From positions 32,001-96,000 of the forward strand of contig JBQLZK010000001.1 in the NCBI GenBank assembly GCA_052168235.1: a DNA stretch of 64,000 nt. Direction: 5' to 3'. Made by a program: the position numbers and the translations under genes. Under the pieces are notes generated by a model. That model saw nothing but the letters and a program-made list of their open reading frames with translations. It ran no database searches and had not been told where the DNA came from. Origin of the DNA: Thainema sp. (lineage in GTDB: Bacteria; Cyanobacteriota; Cyanobacteriia; Phormidesmidales; Phormidesmidaceae). Shown here piece after piece: positions 53,701-63,153 of this stretch. The stretch's first letter is position 1, and each line of letters begins with the position of its first letter.

Positions 53701-54921
53701 TCAGGTGAAATGTTGGGAGTCATGTTTCTCGATCTGGATCGGTTCAAAAATATCAACGATACCCTGGGGCACGCCGTGGGCGATGAGCTGCTCCGACAGG
53801 CGACTCAGCGCCTGCAGCAGAGTTTACGCGAAGCGGACTTGATTGCCCGCTGGGGTGGCGATGAATTCACCCTGGTTTTACCCCATTTGTCCAGCCCAGA
53901 CGATGCCGCCAAAATTGCCCGTCGCATTCGGGACAGTCTCGCCACGGCTTTTCATGTTGGGGAGCATGAGCTTTACATCACGAGCAGCATGGGGCTGGCG
54001 ATCTATCCACAGGATGGAGAAGACTTAAACACGCTCCTCCAAAACGCCGATACCGCCTTGTACCGAGCCAAAGACGAAGGCCGCAACAACTACCAGTTCT
54101 ATCGGGCTACGCTCAACTCCCAGGCTTCCAGACTGCTCCAGTTGGAAAATCACCTGCATCATGCGCTGCCGCTCAATGAACTGGAACTGTACTATCAGCC
54201 CCAAGTGAATATCCAAACAGGACAAGTGATTAAAATGGAAGCGCTGTTGCGCTGGCATCACTCGCACTGGGGCAGCATTTCACCCGGCACATTCATTCCC
54301 TTAGCAGAGGAATCAGGCTTAATTGTGCCGATTGGGGAATGGGCCATCAAGACGGCCTGTGCCCAAAATCGCGCTTGGCAACTGGCAGGCATTCCGCCGT
54401 TGAAAGTTGCGGTAAATTTGTCGGCGCGCCAGTTTCAGCAACCTTCTCTGCTGGAACGGATTACGCAAATCCTGCAGACCGTTGAGCTGGCTCCAGAATT
54501 TTTGGAACTGGAAATTACTGAAACGGCGGCCATGCAGAATTTGGAACATACATCTAATGTGCTGGAGCAAATTCGGGCAATGGGCATCAGCATTTCGATG
54601 GACGACTTCGGTACAGGCTACTCCTCCCTGTCCTATTTGAAGCGATTTCCGTTGCACACAATTAAAATTGACCAGTCGTTTATCCGCGACCTGATTCATC
54701 GTCCCGCCGATAAAGCGATTGTCTCAGCGATTATTACTCTCAGCCGAGGACTCGGTTTAAGCGTTGTGGCAGAAGGGGTTGAGACTCAAGCCCACATGGA
54801 ATGTTTGCGATCGCTAAAGTGCAAGGAGATGCAGGGCTACTGGTTTAGTCGTCCCCTCACTGCAGAGCAAGCGACCCAGTTTCTGTTGGAGCATCAGCAG
54901 GATGGCAAGCTATGCGTTTAG
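50707..54921 (+). CDS. Multi-sensor diguanylate cyclase/phosphodiesterase (GAF-PAS-PAS-GAF-PAS-GAF-GGDEF-EAL)
   Basis: PAS 'THPEDL', 'IFWKD', 'IFENAVEGIFQ'; intact 'WGGDEF' with RxxD (READ); 'MEALLRW', 'DDFGTGYSS'. ATG 50707 preferred to TTG 50695. Confidence 0.92.
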   Translation: MTSDLPDQPSNLSFKVSKLNPNHQSISHRPIHQLIEQVNRAVSEAIDSEAAFEVVLQLICQLINGALAEIWLPTPQQGGLCISPIWYSPQPEQFQAFRKVSEQFSVTLGTGLPGRVAVTRQPEWIAAIEAESDQSLLRKNAALQANLNACLGVPIKVGDRVLAVLIVWLVDANSVDPSQIEQVRQILTQLGAVLRLKQSEAVLAEQQQRLKALMDSLPGIVFVSNDDAEWSMQFLSQGCYPLTGYSPSELAGPVRSQSYNDITHPEDLPRVLQAIDGAIAQQQPYVVEYRIRTKQGEEKWLWEKGYGVTNAQGKVIGLEGFITDITERKQTERTLQEKEAFLKLILDNIPQHIFWKDRNLTYQGGNQVWLNSIGLTSLEDVIGKTDYDLWSLAQADNFRDADLDVLERHKRRIHVIRRKIQQNGDEIWQDVSKVPIYDADNNTIGILGMFEDITEWRKAEEAIARREQYLAALVDLQYRLLNLEWDVSADLYAEILPILGQAAQASRAGVFEVAVTKLDQILPQSDKPITGSTARPKITCWQQSMWADPDFVLEPEQWQLQLELYHHQLSHWFEQLLAGEELVCLATAQLETELQAVLAPLSIQGVLMLPLKQGKDIFGFIVLENCTYELYWEDSEIDLLKAAAAAISLAYEHQQTKSSLKQAEVKYRSIFENAVEGIFQTTPTGQYLTANPMLAQIYGYDSPEELIQSITNIQSQLYVDPQRRLEFEQLMAAQGSVFNFESQIFRKDGSIIWISESARTLYDETGAIAGYEGTVENITPRKHDEAELLKRDHLLEGVAAAATCLLTQPDFATAIPSVLSILGEAAQADRVYIYENHPHSQTGEMAMSMRFEWTHADIVPSINQPHWQNQPYREFGLDRWYQNFQKGQPVRGLTCEFPASEQQILLRDQIQSILMVPIFIDQVLWGYIGFDACQEAREWTASEESILVAIAASLGGAIKRQQTEAQMRHQAFHDSLTGLPNRTLFNEHLPLEIAHARRSGEMLGVMFLDLDRFKNINDTLGHAVGDELLRQATQRLQQSLREADLIARWGGDEFTLVLPHLSSPDDAAKIARRIRDSLATAFHVGEHELYITSSMGLAIYPQDGEDLNTLLQNADTALYRAKDEGRNNYQFYRATLNSQASRLLQLENHLHHALPLNELELYYQPQVNIQTGQVIKMEALLRWHHSHWGSISPGTFIPLAEESGLIVPIGEWAIKTACAQNRAWQLAGIPPLKVAVNLSARQFQQPSLLERITQILQTVELAPEFLELEITETAAMQNLEHTSNVLEQIRAMGISISMDDFGTGYSSLSYLKRFPLHTIKIDQSFIRDLIHRPADKAIVSAIITLSRGLGLSVVAEGVETQAHMECLRSLKCKEMQGYWFSRPLTAEQATQFLLEHQQDGKLCV

Positions 54922-54955
54922 GGTACTGTCTTAGCCTGAATAGTAGCTTGAAATC

Positions 54956-55002
54956 AGCTTGGGAATGAACAGTACGCGGTGCACACAGCTCATTCCCAAG
55001 CT
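54956..55002. terminator. Hairpin between convergent genes
   Basis: agcttgggaatga...tcattcccaagct inverted repeat. Confidence 0.6.
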
Positions 55003-55017
55003 CAAGATAGTTTGTTT

Positions 55018-55926
55018 CTATTCGCAGTAGCTCAGAGTCCCTTGATCTCCGTCCAGGCAAACTCGTCGTCCCACAACTAGGGCAGCATTCTCGCCATCGT
55101 GACCAAAGGGTAGGTTAACCACGACTGGAATATTGAGATCACAAGTGCGATCGCGCAGTACTTCCTCCACACTAAAGCTTGGAATATCCTTGGGTGGATC
55201 ACACTGACTAAAGCGGCCCAATGCAATTCCCTTAATGCCATTCAGCGCCCCACTCATGCGCCACTGAGTCAGCATCCGATCAATTCGATACGGCGCTTCT
55301 CCCACATCTTCAAACGCCAAGATCACATCATTTAAGTGGGGTTGGGCTACGGTACCCAGCAAATGAGTCGCTACGGTCAAATTTGCGGGTAATAGATGTC
55401 CCGTCGCCTGACCACCAACCCAGCCATCACCCTGCAATGGTGCCAGTTCTGCCCGTCCAGTCACAAACTGAAACAGCCGCTCTAGAGAATGGGGCGGTTC
55501 CGCTGCAATGGTTGTTAGTAACGGACCGTGCATCCCCGCGACTCCCTGCGTCGCTAAACTCCACAGCAAACTTGTCACATCCGAAAAGCCAATCAGCCAC
55601 TTGGGAGCAAGTTGAAAATCATCCGGCCATGTCCAATTTTCCAGTAACCGCGCTCCGCCCCAGCCGCCGCGAGCGCAGAGAATGCCGCGACAATCTGGAT
55701 CACTCAATGCCTGCTGGAGCTGTTGCCGCCGCTGCTCGTCCGTTCCAGCCAAGTAGCCACTGCGGTCGTCGTATCCCGGACAAAACTCAATCTGATAACC
55801 TTGCGATCGCCAAATTTCAACGCCTTGCTCAAATGCCTGTCGCTCCCGCAGCGTCCCACTCGGCGCAATCACCCGCAGCAAGTCTCCTGGCTCTAGTGGT
55901 GGCGGCAGTTGGCAAGGCTTAAACAT
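55018..55926 (-). CDS. LD-carboxypeptidase (peptidase S66)
   Basis: 'CARGGWG', 'GFSDVT' (catalytic Ser), 'FEDVGE', 'FGH'. Confidence 0.92.
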   Translation of the reverse strand: MFKPCQLPPPLEPGDLLRVIAPSGTLRERQAFEQGVEIWRSQGYQIEFCPGYDDRSGYLAGTDEQRRQQLQQALSDPDCRGILCARGGWGGARLLENWTWPDDFQLAPKWLIGFSDVTSLLWSLATQGVAGMHGPLLTTIAAEPPHSLERLFQFVTGRAELAPLQGDGWVGGQATGHLLPANLTVATHLLGTVAQPHLNDVILAFEDVGEAPYRIDRMLTQWRMSGALNGIKGIALGRFSQCDPPKDIPSFSVEEVLRDRTCDLNIPVVVNLPFGHDGENAALVVGRRVCLDGDQGTLSYCE

Positions 55927-56111
55927 CTCAGTACATTTCTCCTTCTCTAACGTCGTTTTTATTAAGGGAGCAAGGGGAAAGGGGGAAAAGGAGCTTTCAT
56001 ATCTAGCATTATTTGAAACATGAAGCTTAAGTTACGGCTACCAACAGAACTCTCTGCTCCCCCGCTCCACTACTCCCCTGCCCCCCTCACGTCCTCTCCA
56101 TCAACTCTGAA

Positions 56112-57485
56112 TTATTGATCACTGCCCAAAATCAACTCCAGCCTCCGCTGTGCCGCTGTCAAGGCTTCCGCAGGTGGTTCACCCAACAGGGACGCTTCAA
56201 TCGCCCGACCGAAGTTTTCTGATAAATAGCGATAACCAGGGATCAAGGGTCGCGATCGCGCCCACTCCATCTGCTGCAAAAACATTTGGAGGGCCGGATT
56301 TTCAGCTACAAATGCCTGATAGTCAGGACTATTCAACACATTGGGATTGATCGGTAAGTAACCTGTTTTCAGCGCCCACTCGGTTTGAAACGATTCACTA
56401 ATCACAAAATCAAGAAACTCTAGTGCTGCTTGCTCTCGTTCTGACGTTGTTTTCATCACAAAAAAATTCTCACCGCCCACCACCGCCGCAGGCTGATCTC
56501 GCATTGGTAGTGGAAAAACATCATAGTCCACACCTGACTCCTCAAACTGCCCAATATTCCACGGCCCCGTGAACTGCATCGCCACCTGACCGCTCATAAA
56601 GCTATCGGTTTCATAACCGCGCTCTGGCGGAGAAAGCTGCACCACACCGTCTTGAACCAGGGATGATGCAAACTCCAAAGCTGCGATCGCACCTTCATTG
56701 GTTAAATCCGGCTGCCCATTTTGGACAATTTCACCGCTCGCACTATAAACAAACGGTAAATAGACAAACACATTCCATTCGCCTTTGCCCAGAGATAGCC
56801 AGAGGCCATACTGATCGGTAAAGCCATCCCCGTTGCGATCGCGAGTTAACTGGGCGACCACCTGCGCAAATTCTGACCAAGTACGGGGCAACCGTGTGAT
56901 CCCTGCTTCTTCGAACAGTGACGGACGGTAGAACACACCGACATTATTCGTGCCAAACGGCACCGACCAATAGTGATCTTCCAGCAGCATGGACTCGTGC
57001 AACGCCGGAATGATCCGCTCCAGCCGTTGGTTTTCCTGCAACCAATTATCAAGTGGCAGAATCGCCTCCAGTTCAACTAGCTGCCCTGTAAAGGTCGGAA
57101 TATACCACAAAATATCCGGCGAAGCGCCACCGACCACGCCCGTCAAAATCTTAGGAATCTGCTGATCCGGCTGACCAATATACAGCGATTCCACTTCAAT
57201 ATAGGGATGAGCCTGATTAAATTGCTCAACTAAAGACTGAAAAACATCACGATTACTAGGCGGACTGATCCCCTGCCAGAGCGTGAGGTGAACGACCTCG
57301 CTGTCCCCATTGGGGCTACCGATCCGCGCGGTATCCGTTGGGCCACTCTGACACCCCAGCAGGCCCACCGCCAAGACCAACATGCCGAATCCCAGCCCCA
57401 AGTGTGTCCACAATCGTGGCCAAATAACCTGCCAGACAACTTGCCAGAAGCGTTGCGATCGCAACCAAAACAAACAGCATCTCAT
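56112..57485 (-). CDS. Sugar-type ABC transporter substrate-binding lipoprotein (start uncertain)
   Basis: Lipobox 'LLGC'; 'FYRPSLFEEAG', 'PRTWSEF', 'GQVAMQFTGPW', 'GGENFF'. Confidence 0.85.
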   Translation of the reverse strand: MRCCLFWLRSQRFWQVVWQVIWPRLWTHLGLGFGMLVLAVGLLGCQSGPTDTARIGSPNGDSEVVHLTLWQGISPPSNRDVFQSLVEQFNQAHPYIEVESLYIGQPDQQIPKILTGVVGGASPDILWYIPTFTGQLVELEAILPLDNWLQENQRLERIIPALHESMLLEDHYWSVPFGTNNVGVFYRPSLFEEAGITRLPRTWSEFAQVVAQLTRDRNGDGFTDQYGLWLSLGKGEWNVFVYLPFVYSASGEIVQNGQPDLTNEGAIAALEFASSLVQDGVVQLSPPERGYETDSFMSGQVAMQFTGPWNIGQFEESGVDYDVFPLPMRDQPAAVVGGENFFVMKTTSEREQAALEFLDFVISESFQTEWALKTGYLPINPNVLNSPDYQAFVAENPALQMFLQQMEWARSRPLIPGYRYLSENFGRAIEASLLGEPPAEALTAAQRRLELILGSDQ

Positions 57486-57658
57486 CGTAAAGTCCTAAAG
57501 TATTAGCCCAGCGCAACCGACATTCTAATTAAGTTACTGGCAAATCGAGCGCACAATCCGGCCAGCACAATGAAGCAGCCTGGATCAGAATTGATATCAT
57601 TAAGAAATGAAACAAAGATTAACGGTCTGCTCCTGCCCACTTAGTACACCTTGTAACA

Positions 57659-58219
57659 ATGGCACGTCGCTCCTATCAGGCGGTTCTACTCGTCGATGGC
57701 TATAACATTATTGGCGCTTGGCCCCGGCTAGAGCGCGTTCGAGATCAGCATGGCTTAGAAGATGCCCGTCGTGATCTAGTAGAAGCGCTCACCGGATACA
57801 GCACATTCAAGGGATTTGATACGCGGATTGTCTTTGATGCCTATGGGCAGATTGATCCTTCAGTGCCAGAAGCCGTGACCGAGCATGTTTCCATTCACTA
57901 CACGGATTTTGGTCAAACCGCAGATTCCTATATTGAAAAAGCTTGTGCCATGTTTCGACATGATGTGCGCAAGTTTTCTCAACGGCTGATTGTCGCTACG
58001 TCTGACCGCGCCCAGCAGCTCACGGTCGTAGGCTATGGCGCAGAATGGATGTCAGCCCATCGCTTAATTAGCGATGTCGATCTGGCGCACCATCAGGTGC
58101 GTCGCCGCCAGAAGCCTGCCCGTTCCTCCAGCAAACGGTTCCTATTCAGCTCGCTCGATCCCAAGGCTCAAGCTCGTTTAGCAGAAATGCGATTGGGTTT
58201 GACAGAGCGAGAATCGTGA
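57659..58219 (+). CDS. NYN-domain ribonuclease (YacP/Rae1 family)
   Basis: 'LLVDGYNIIG', 'IVFDA', 'QTADSYIEK', 'VATSD'. Confidence 0.9.
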   Translation: MARRSYQAVLLVDGYNIIGAWPRLERVRDQHGLEDARRDLVEALTGYSTFKGFDTRIVFDAYGQIDPSVPEAVTEHVSIHYTDFGQTADSYIEKACAMFRHDVRKFSQRLIVATSDRAQQLTVVGYGAEWMSAHRLISDVDLAHHQVRRRQKPARSSSKRFLFSSLDPKAQARLAEMRLGLTERES

Positions 58220-58257
58220 ACCTGGTAAAAAGTTCAAAAAAAATTGGCTTTACCCCT

Positions 58258-58286
58258 TGTCAAACTGTCCCCTGAGTCAGTAATAT
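58258..58286 (+). promoter_or_regulatory. Sigma70-type promoter of tRNA-Asn copy 1
   Basis: TTGTCA-N17-TAATAT ending 14 nt before the tRNA. Confidence 0.65.
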
Positions 58287-58300
58287 GAAATTCGCGTCGT

Positions 58301-58372
58301 TCCTCAGTAGCTCAGCGGTAGAGCGGTCGGCTGTTAACCGATTGGTCGCAAGTTCGAATCTTGCCTGGGGAG
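58301..58372 (+). tRNA. trnN: tRNA-Asn(GTT), copy 1
   Basis: Acceptor stem TCCTCAG/CTGGGGA, D-loop AGCTCAGCGGTAGAGC, anticodon loop CTGTTAA, T-loop GTTCGAATC; CCA not encoded. Confidence 0.97.
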
Positions 58373-58482
58373 TTTAATCTATTCAGCATAAGTAAGCTTG
58401 TAAGCAGGCGTAAGTTCTGCGATCAATATGCCGCTAATAGGTTTACAATTTGTCCTGTTTTCAAGTAGGATGAAATCCGCCT

Positions 58483-58554
58483 TCCTCAGTAGCTCAGCGG
58501 TAGAGCGGTCGGCTGTTAACCGATTGGTCGCAAGTTCGAATCTTGCCTGGGGAG
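58483..58554 (+). tRNA. trnN: tRNA-Asn(GTT), copy 2
   Basis: Identical to copy 1 over 72 nt; preceded by TTTACA-N18-TAGGAT. Confidence 0.97.
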
Positions 58555-58970
58555 TTTAGTCAACTAGACTGCAACACATAGACTGCAACGTAGATTGAAG
58601 GCTCAGGTTGTGGTATGCTCGCTTAGTTTTGATTAGATCTCTGTTTTCTAAATGCAGCGTCGCCAAAGGGCTTGATCTGCTATCTCATCCGCACATGTGG
58701 TGTATACACAGCAAATTGAGGCAGGTGCGATCGCAGATTTTGTTTTGCTGGTTGTTTGGCCTGAATGGCTCAACATCGGCGAATTAATCCGCTGCTTTGG
58801 CCCGATTTTAGTATCGATCAATGCAACGAATCAGGGATTCGCCTGAAAAGATTAGGCAGACGTGCTTATAATCGGTACAGAGTTCTATATAAATCTTCGA
58901 AGTCTAAAGTATTTCGGCAATAATCGTTACAAGACGTAAGACCCTGTAGAAAAAGATATAGATTCGGAAC

Positions 58971-59717
58971 ATGCCACGAATTCTCGTTATTGATGATGAT
59001 CCTGCGATCGCAGAACTAGTCAGTGTCAACCTAGAGATGGCTGGCTATGATGTTAGCCAAGCTGCTGACGGCATCAAAGGGCAAGCCTTAGCCGTACAGT
59101 TGATGCCTGATCTGATTGTCCTGGACCTGATGCTACCGAAGGTAGACGGTTTTACAATTTGTCAGCGGCTACGGCGCGATGAGCGGACGGCAGATGTTCC
59201 AGTCTTGATGCTAACCGCATTGGGACAAACCCAAGATAAAGTAGAAGGCTTCAATGCTGGAGCTGATGACTATCTCACCAAGCCATTTGAGGTGGATGAA
59301 ATGCTGGCGCGAGTGCGGGCACTGCTCCGGCGCACCGATCGAATCCCCCAAGCGGCCAAGCATAGCGAGATTCTCAACTATGGTCCGTTAACGCTGGTGC
59401 CTGAACGCTTTGAAGCGATTTGGTTTGACAAAACCGTCAAGCTAACTCATCTTGAATTTGAGCTGCTGCACTGTCTTCTACAGCGTCACGGTCAAACCGT
59501 TTCGCCCAGTGAAATTCTCAAGGAAGTGTGGGGCTATGACCCGAACGACGATATCGAAACCATTCGAGTTCATGTTCGCCACTTACGGACAAAGCTTGAA
59601 CCCGATCCACGCCATCCGCAATACATTAAAACAGTCTATGGTGCTGGATACTGTTTGGAACTCCCGACTAGCGGAGCGGTTCCGGCAGATCTAGGGTTGT
59701 CATCAGCAGAATCTTGA
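58971..59717 (+). CDS. rpaA: OmpR-family response regulator RpaA
   Basis: '[20 protein letters not shown]', '[33 protein letters not shown]' are characteristic of RpaA. Confidence 0.92.
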   Translation: MPRILVIDDDPAIAELVSVNLEMAGYDVSQAADGIKGQALAVQLMPDLIVLDLMLPKVDGFTICQRLRRDERTADVPVLMLTALGQTQDKVEGFNAGADDYLTKPFEVDEMLARVRALLRRTDRIPQAAKHSEILNYGPLTLVPERFEAIWFDKTVKLTHLEFELLHCLLQRHGQTVSPSEILKEVWGYDPNDDIETIRVHVRHLRTKLEPDPRHPQYIKTVYGAGYCLELPTSGAVPADLGLSSAES

Positions 59718-59729
59718 ATGGAAATAAGC

Positions 59730-59764
59730 CGTCTATTGAATAAGTATTACTTATCCAATAGACG
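59730..59764. terminator. Hairpin downstream of rpaA
   Basis: cgtctattg-aataagta-t-tacttat-ccaatagacg imperfect palindrome. Confidence 0.5.
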
Positions 59765-59957
59765 ATAGTCTGTGTGTCTTTCATAACGAGCCTAAAGAAA
59801 ACCTTTGGGCAGATGAACCTTGCTAAAAATGTTGTCTACCCTGAAAGCAACCGCCGATGGGGTTAGGTGAGGCATTTAGGTATAGTTTACGTTATACGTA
59901 ATGTCTCACACCCCCTGTCGCAACGATTTGCGTTGTCCAGAGTAGACAGAAACCCAT

Positions 59958-61397
59958 ATGACACAGCAGAGCTTTGGCGTTATTGGTCTCGCCGTCATGG
60001 GCGAGAACCTAGCCCTAAACGTTGAACGCAATGGATTTCCCGTTGCCGTTTATAACCGTACCCGCTCCAAGACCGATGACTTTATGAAAGAGCGGGCAGA
60101 AGGTAAGAATATCAAGCCAACCTATAGCCTAGAAGAGTTTGTAGCCTCGCTTGAGCGTCCTCGTCGCATTCTGGTCATGGTCAAGGCGGGCAAACCCGTA
60201 GACTTGGTGATTGAGCAGCTCAAGCCGCTGCTCGATCCAGATGACATGATCATCGACGGTGGTAATTCCCTCTATCAAGACACCGAGCGTCGTGTCCAAG
60301 ATCTAGAATCCACGGGTCTACGCTTCATTGGTATGGGCGTCAGCGGTGGTGAAGAAGGAGCCTTAAACGGCCCAAGCATGATGCCGGGTGGCACAAAAGC
60401 TGCTTACGATTCGATTGAGCCAATCGTGACCAAAATCGCGGCTCAGGTTGATGACGGAGCTTGTGTGACCTACATTGGCCCTGGCGGCGCTGGACACTAC
60501 GTCAAAACCATACATAACGGTATTGAGTACGGCGACATGCAGCTGATTGCCGAAGCCTACGATCTGCTCAAGAATACGTTGGGCTTAGATCATACACAGC
60601 TTCATCAAGTGTTTGCCGAGTGGAATGAAACTGAAGAGCTGAACTCGTTCCTGATTGAAATTACGCGGGATGTGTTCAAGCAGATGGATGCCGACACTGG
60701 AATGCCGCTGGTTGAGGTGATTCTCGATTCTGCAGGACAGAAAGGAACCGGACGCTGGACGGTTGTTAGTGCCCTAGAAATGGGGGTTAGCATTCCAACC
60801 ATTTTTGCCGCAGTGAATGCCCGCATCATGTCGTCCATTAAAGATGAGCGAGTAGCGGCGTCGAAGGAACTATCTGGGCCATCGGGTAAGTACGATGGCG
60901 ACACACAAGCCTTCGTCAACAAAATCCGGGACGCACTCTACTGTTCTAAGATTTGCTCCTACGCTCAGGGTATGGCCCTGCTGAGTACAGCATCCGACAC
61001 CTTTAACTACGATCTGAATCTGAGCGAAATTGCCCGCATTTGGAAAGGTGGCTGCATCATCCGGGCCGGCTTCCTCGGTAAGATTCAAAACGCATTTCAG
61101 CAAAATCCGAAACTGCCGAATCTACTGCTGGCTCCAGAGTTTAAGCAAACAATCCTGGATCGCCAAGAGGCATGGCGTGAGGTCATTCAGGTGGCCGCTA
61201 AGCTGGGTATAGCCGTACCCGCATTTAGTGCATCGCTGGATTACTTTGATAGCTATCGCACGGCAAAACTGCCCCAAAATCTCACCCAGGCCCAGCGCGA
61301 CTTCTTTGGTGCCCACACCTACAAGCGAGTCGATAAGTCCGGTGTGTATCACACTGACTGGCTGGGAGATGGCAGCACGGAGCAAATGGAAGAGTAG
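59958..61397 (+). CDS. gnd: 6-phosphogluconate dehydrogenase (decarboxylating, NADP-dependent)
   Basis: 'GLAVMGENLALN', 'VSGGEEGA', 'HNGIEYGDMQ', 'QKGTG', 'QAQRDFFGAHTY'. Confidence 0.97.
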   Translation: MTQQSFGVIGLAVMGENLALNVERNGFPVAVYNRTRSKTDDFMKERAEGKNIKPTYSLEEFVASLERPRRILVMVKAGKPVDLVIEQLKPLLDPDDMIIDGGNSLYQDTERRVQDLESTGLRFIGMGVSGGEEGALNGPSMMPGGTKAAYDSIEPIVTKIAAQVDDGACVTYIGPGGAGHYVKTIHNGIEYGDMQLIAEAYDLLKNTLGLDHTQLHQVFAEWNETEELNSFLIEITRDVFKQMDADTGMPLVEVILDSAGQKGTGRWTVVSALEMGVSIPTIFAAVNARIMSSIKDERVAASKELSGPSGKYDGDTQAFVNKIRDALYCSKICSYAQGMALLSTASDTFNYDLNLSEIARIWKGGCIIRAGFLGKIQNAFQQNPKLPNLLLAPEFKQTILDRQEAWREVIQVAAKLGIAVPAFSASLDYFDSYRTAKLPQNLTQAQRDFFGAHTYKRVDKSGVYHTDWLGDGSTEQMEE

Positions 61398-61455
61398 GTT
61401 CTCAAACCGCCACTCTCGCGTTTGACACCACAACCTAGAAGATCCATCTAAACCT

Positions 61456-61502
61456 AAAAAGGTCACTTTGCTGTTGCGCGGCGGCAGCAAAGTGACCTTT
61501 TT
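61456..61502. terminator. Terminator/REP-like hairpin after gnd
   Basis: aaaaaggtcactttgctg...cagcaaagtgaccttttt stem; core similar to 29709-29744. Confidence 0.7.
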
Positions 61503-61695
61503 GAGTTTCTGTGCGATCGCAATCCAGATATCACACTATACTTGCGGTACGTTCTGAGCTTGATCTAGCGCGTCTAATATCGCTCTATGTATTAATTCTG
61601 TTAAATCCTTCTACGGTTCGGTTCAAGAGCGGCGCTTCCAAAGTTAACTGTGTTAGATTGAGCATACCGTTCCTTGCAGTGTTTTCAATATCAAT

Positions 61696-62991
61696 ATGGC
61701 AATTACAAAGCGTGGCCTTGTATTAGGCATGACCGCCGTCGCCGTAACCGCTGTAACGATTACAGGGGCTGGCTTACATTTTTCAGAGAGCCAAGCTTTT
61801 TTTCGTGACAGTCCGAAAGAACTAATTGACGAAGTTTGGCAGCTCATCGACCGGAACTACGTTGATGCGACGTTCAATCAGGTTGACTGGCGGGCGCTAC
61901 GCACGGAATATTTAGAGCGCGAATACAGCGATCGCGAAGAGGCTTACGTTGCTATTCAAGAGATGCTGGAAACCTTGAATGATCCATATACTCGCTTCAT
62001 GGATCCGCAAGAGTTCCGCAACATGCAGATCGATACCTCTGGTGAACTCACAGGTGTGGGGATTCAGCTCGCCCAGGACGAAGAGACCAATGATTTGCTG
62101 GTCGTTGCCCCCATTGAAGACACACCCGCCTTTAAAGCTGGGGTTTTGGCAAAAGACGTTATCACTGCCATCGACGGTCAATCCACTGAGGGAATGGATT
62201 TAAATGATGCCGTTAATCTAATCCGTGGCCCAGTTGGTTCCCAAGTCACGCTAACCATCCGGCGCGAAAGCGAAATTATGGACTTCCAGCTAGATCGGGA
62301 GTTAATTGAAATTCACCCGGTTCGTTATAGTCAGCAGCAAAGTCCGGCTGGAACCATCGGCTATATTCGCCTAACTCAGTTTAGTGCTAACGCAGCACAA
62401 GAAATGCAGGACGCAATCAGCACGCTGGAAGAAGAGAATGTAAACGGCTATATCTTAGATTTGCGCTCTAATCCAGGTGGTCTGCTCTATTCCAGCATTG
62501 ACATCGCGCGCATGTGGCTCGAAGACGGCACTATTGTTTCAACCGTTGATCGGCAAGGTGAATCGGATCGGCAGGTAGCCAACCATCGGGCACTAACCGA
62601 TAAGCCGCTCGTTGTCCTAGTAGATGGTGGTTCTGCCAGTGCCAGTGAAATTCTATCTGGCGCACTTCAAGACAATGAACGTGCAGTGCTTGTCGGCACT
62701 CAAACCTTTGGTAAAGGTCTAGTGCAGTCAGTTCGAGGTTTAGGAGATGGTTCTGGCATTGCCATCACGGTTGCAAAGTACCTGACGCCAAGTGGCCGAG
62801 ACATCAACAAACAGGGCATCGCGCCAGATATTGAACTTGATTTGACGGACGAGCAGCGAGAAGCACTCTCGCAAGATCGGACGCAAATTGGTACCTCGGC
62901 TGATCCACAGTTTGCCAAGGCACTGGAAATTCTGACGCAGCGAGTCATGGCTGAATCGTCAGAGCCTACGGCTGCAGTTTCTCAACCTTAG
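61696..62991 (+). CDS. ctpC: Carboxyl-terminal processing protease (S41, PDZ), CtpC-like paralog
   Basis: 'DPYTRF', 'GVGIQL', 'DLRSNPGG', 'SASASEI', 'TFGKG'. Paralog call rests on the N-terminus 'MAITKRGLVLG...SPKELIDEVWQ' and is less certain than the family. Confidence 0.75.
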   Translation: MAITKRGLVLGMTAVAVTAVTITGAGLHFSESQAFFRDSPKELIDEVWQLIDRNYVDATFNQVDWRALRTEYLEREYSDREEAYVAIQEMLETLNDPYTRFMDPQEFRNMQIDTSGELTGVGIQLAQDEETNDLLVVAPIEDTPAFKAGVLAKDVITAIDGQSTEGMDLNDAVNLIRGPVGSQVTLTIRRESEIMDFQLDRELIEIHPVRYSQQQSPAGTIGYIRLTQFSANAAQEMQDAISTLEEENVNGYILDLRSNPGGLLYSSIDIARMWLEDGTIVSTVDRQGESDRQVANHRALTDKPLVVLVDGGSASASEILSGALQDNERAVLVGTQTFGKGLVQSVRGLGDGSGIAITVAKYLTPSGRDINKQGIAPDIELDLTDEQREALSQDRTQIGTSADPQFAKALEILTQRVMAESSEPTAAVSQP

Positions 62992-63009
62992 AAATACGCG
63001 CTCTCTCTT

Positions 63010-63045
63010 ACAAAAGGACGGTTGGCACACCAACCGTCCTTTTGT
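63010..63045. terminator. Terminator after the ctp gene
   Basis: acaaaaggacggttgg-caca-ccaaccgtccttttgt perfect stem. Confidence 0.8.
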
Positions 63046-63153
63046 GTTTTATAGCTGTAACCAGCTCAGTTAAACGGACGTTTTAATAGCGCGGCAAGGC
63101 CGCGCTTGTAACACCAAATCCGACTTGGCATTACTTTGCAATACCCAATGGTG

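Noticed and set aside
50707..54921. Cyanobacteriochrome photoreceptor in the GAF-rich GGDEF-EAL protein
   Set aside because: I could not find the bilin-binding 'CH' or DxCF-type motifs in any GAF domain.
58301..58970. Genomic island or prophage integrated at tRNA-Asn
   Set aside because: Both tRNA copies are full length, only 110 bp separate them, there is no integrase, and the flanking genes are core genes.
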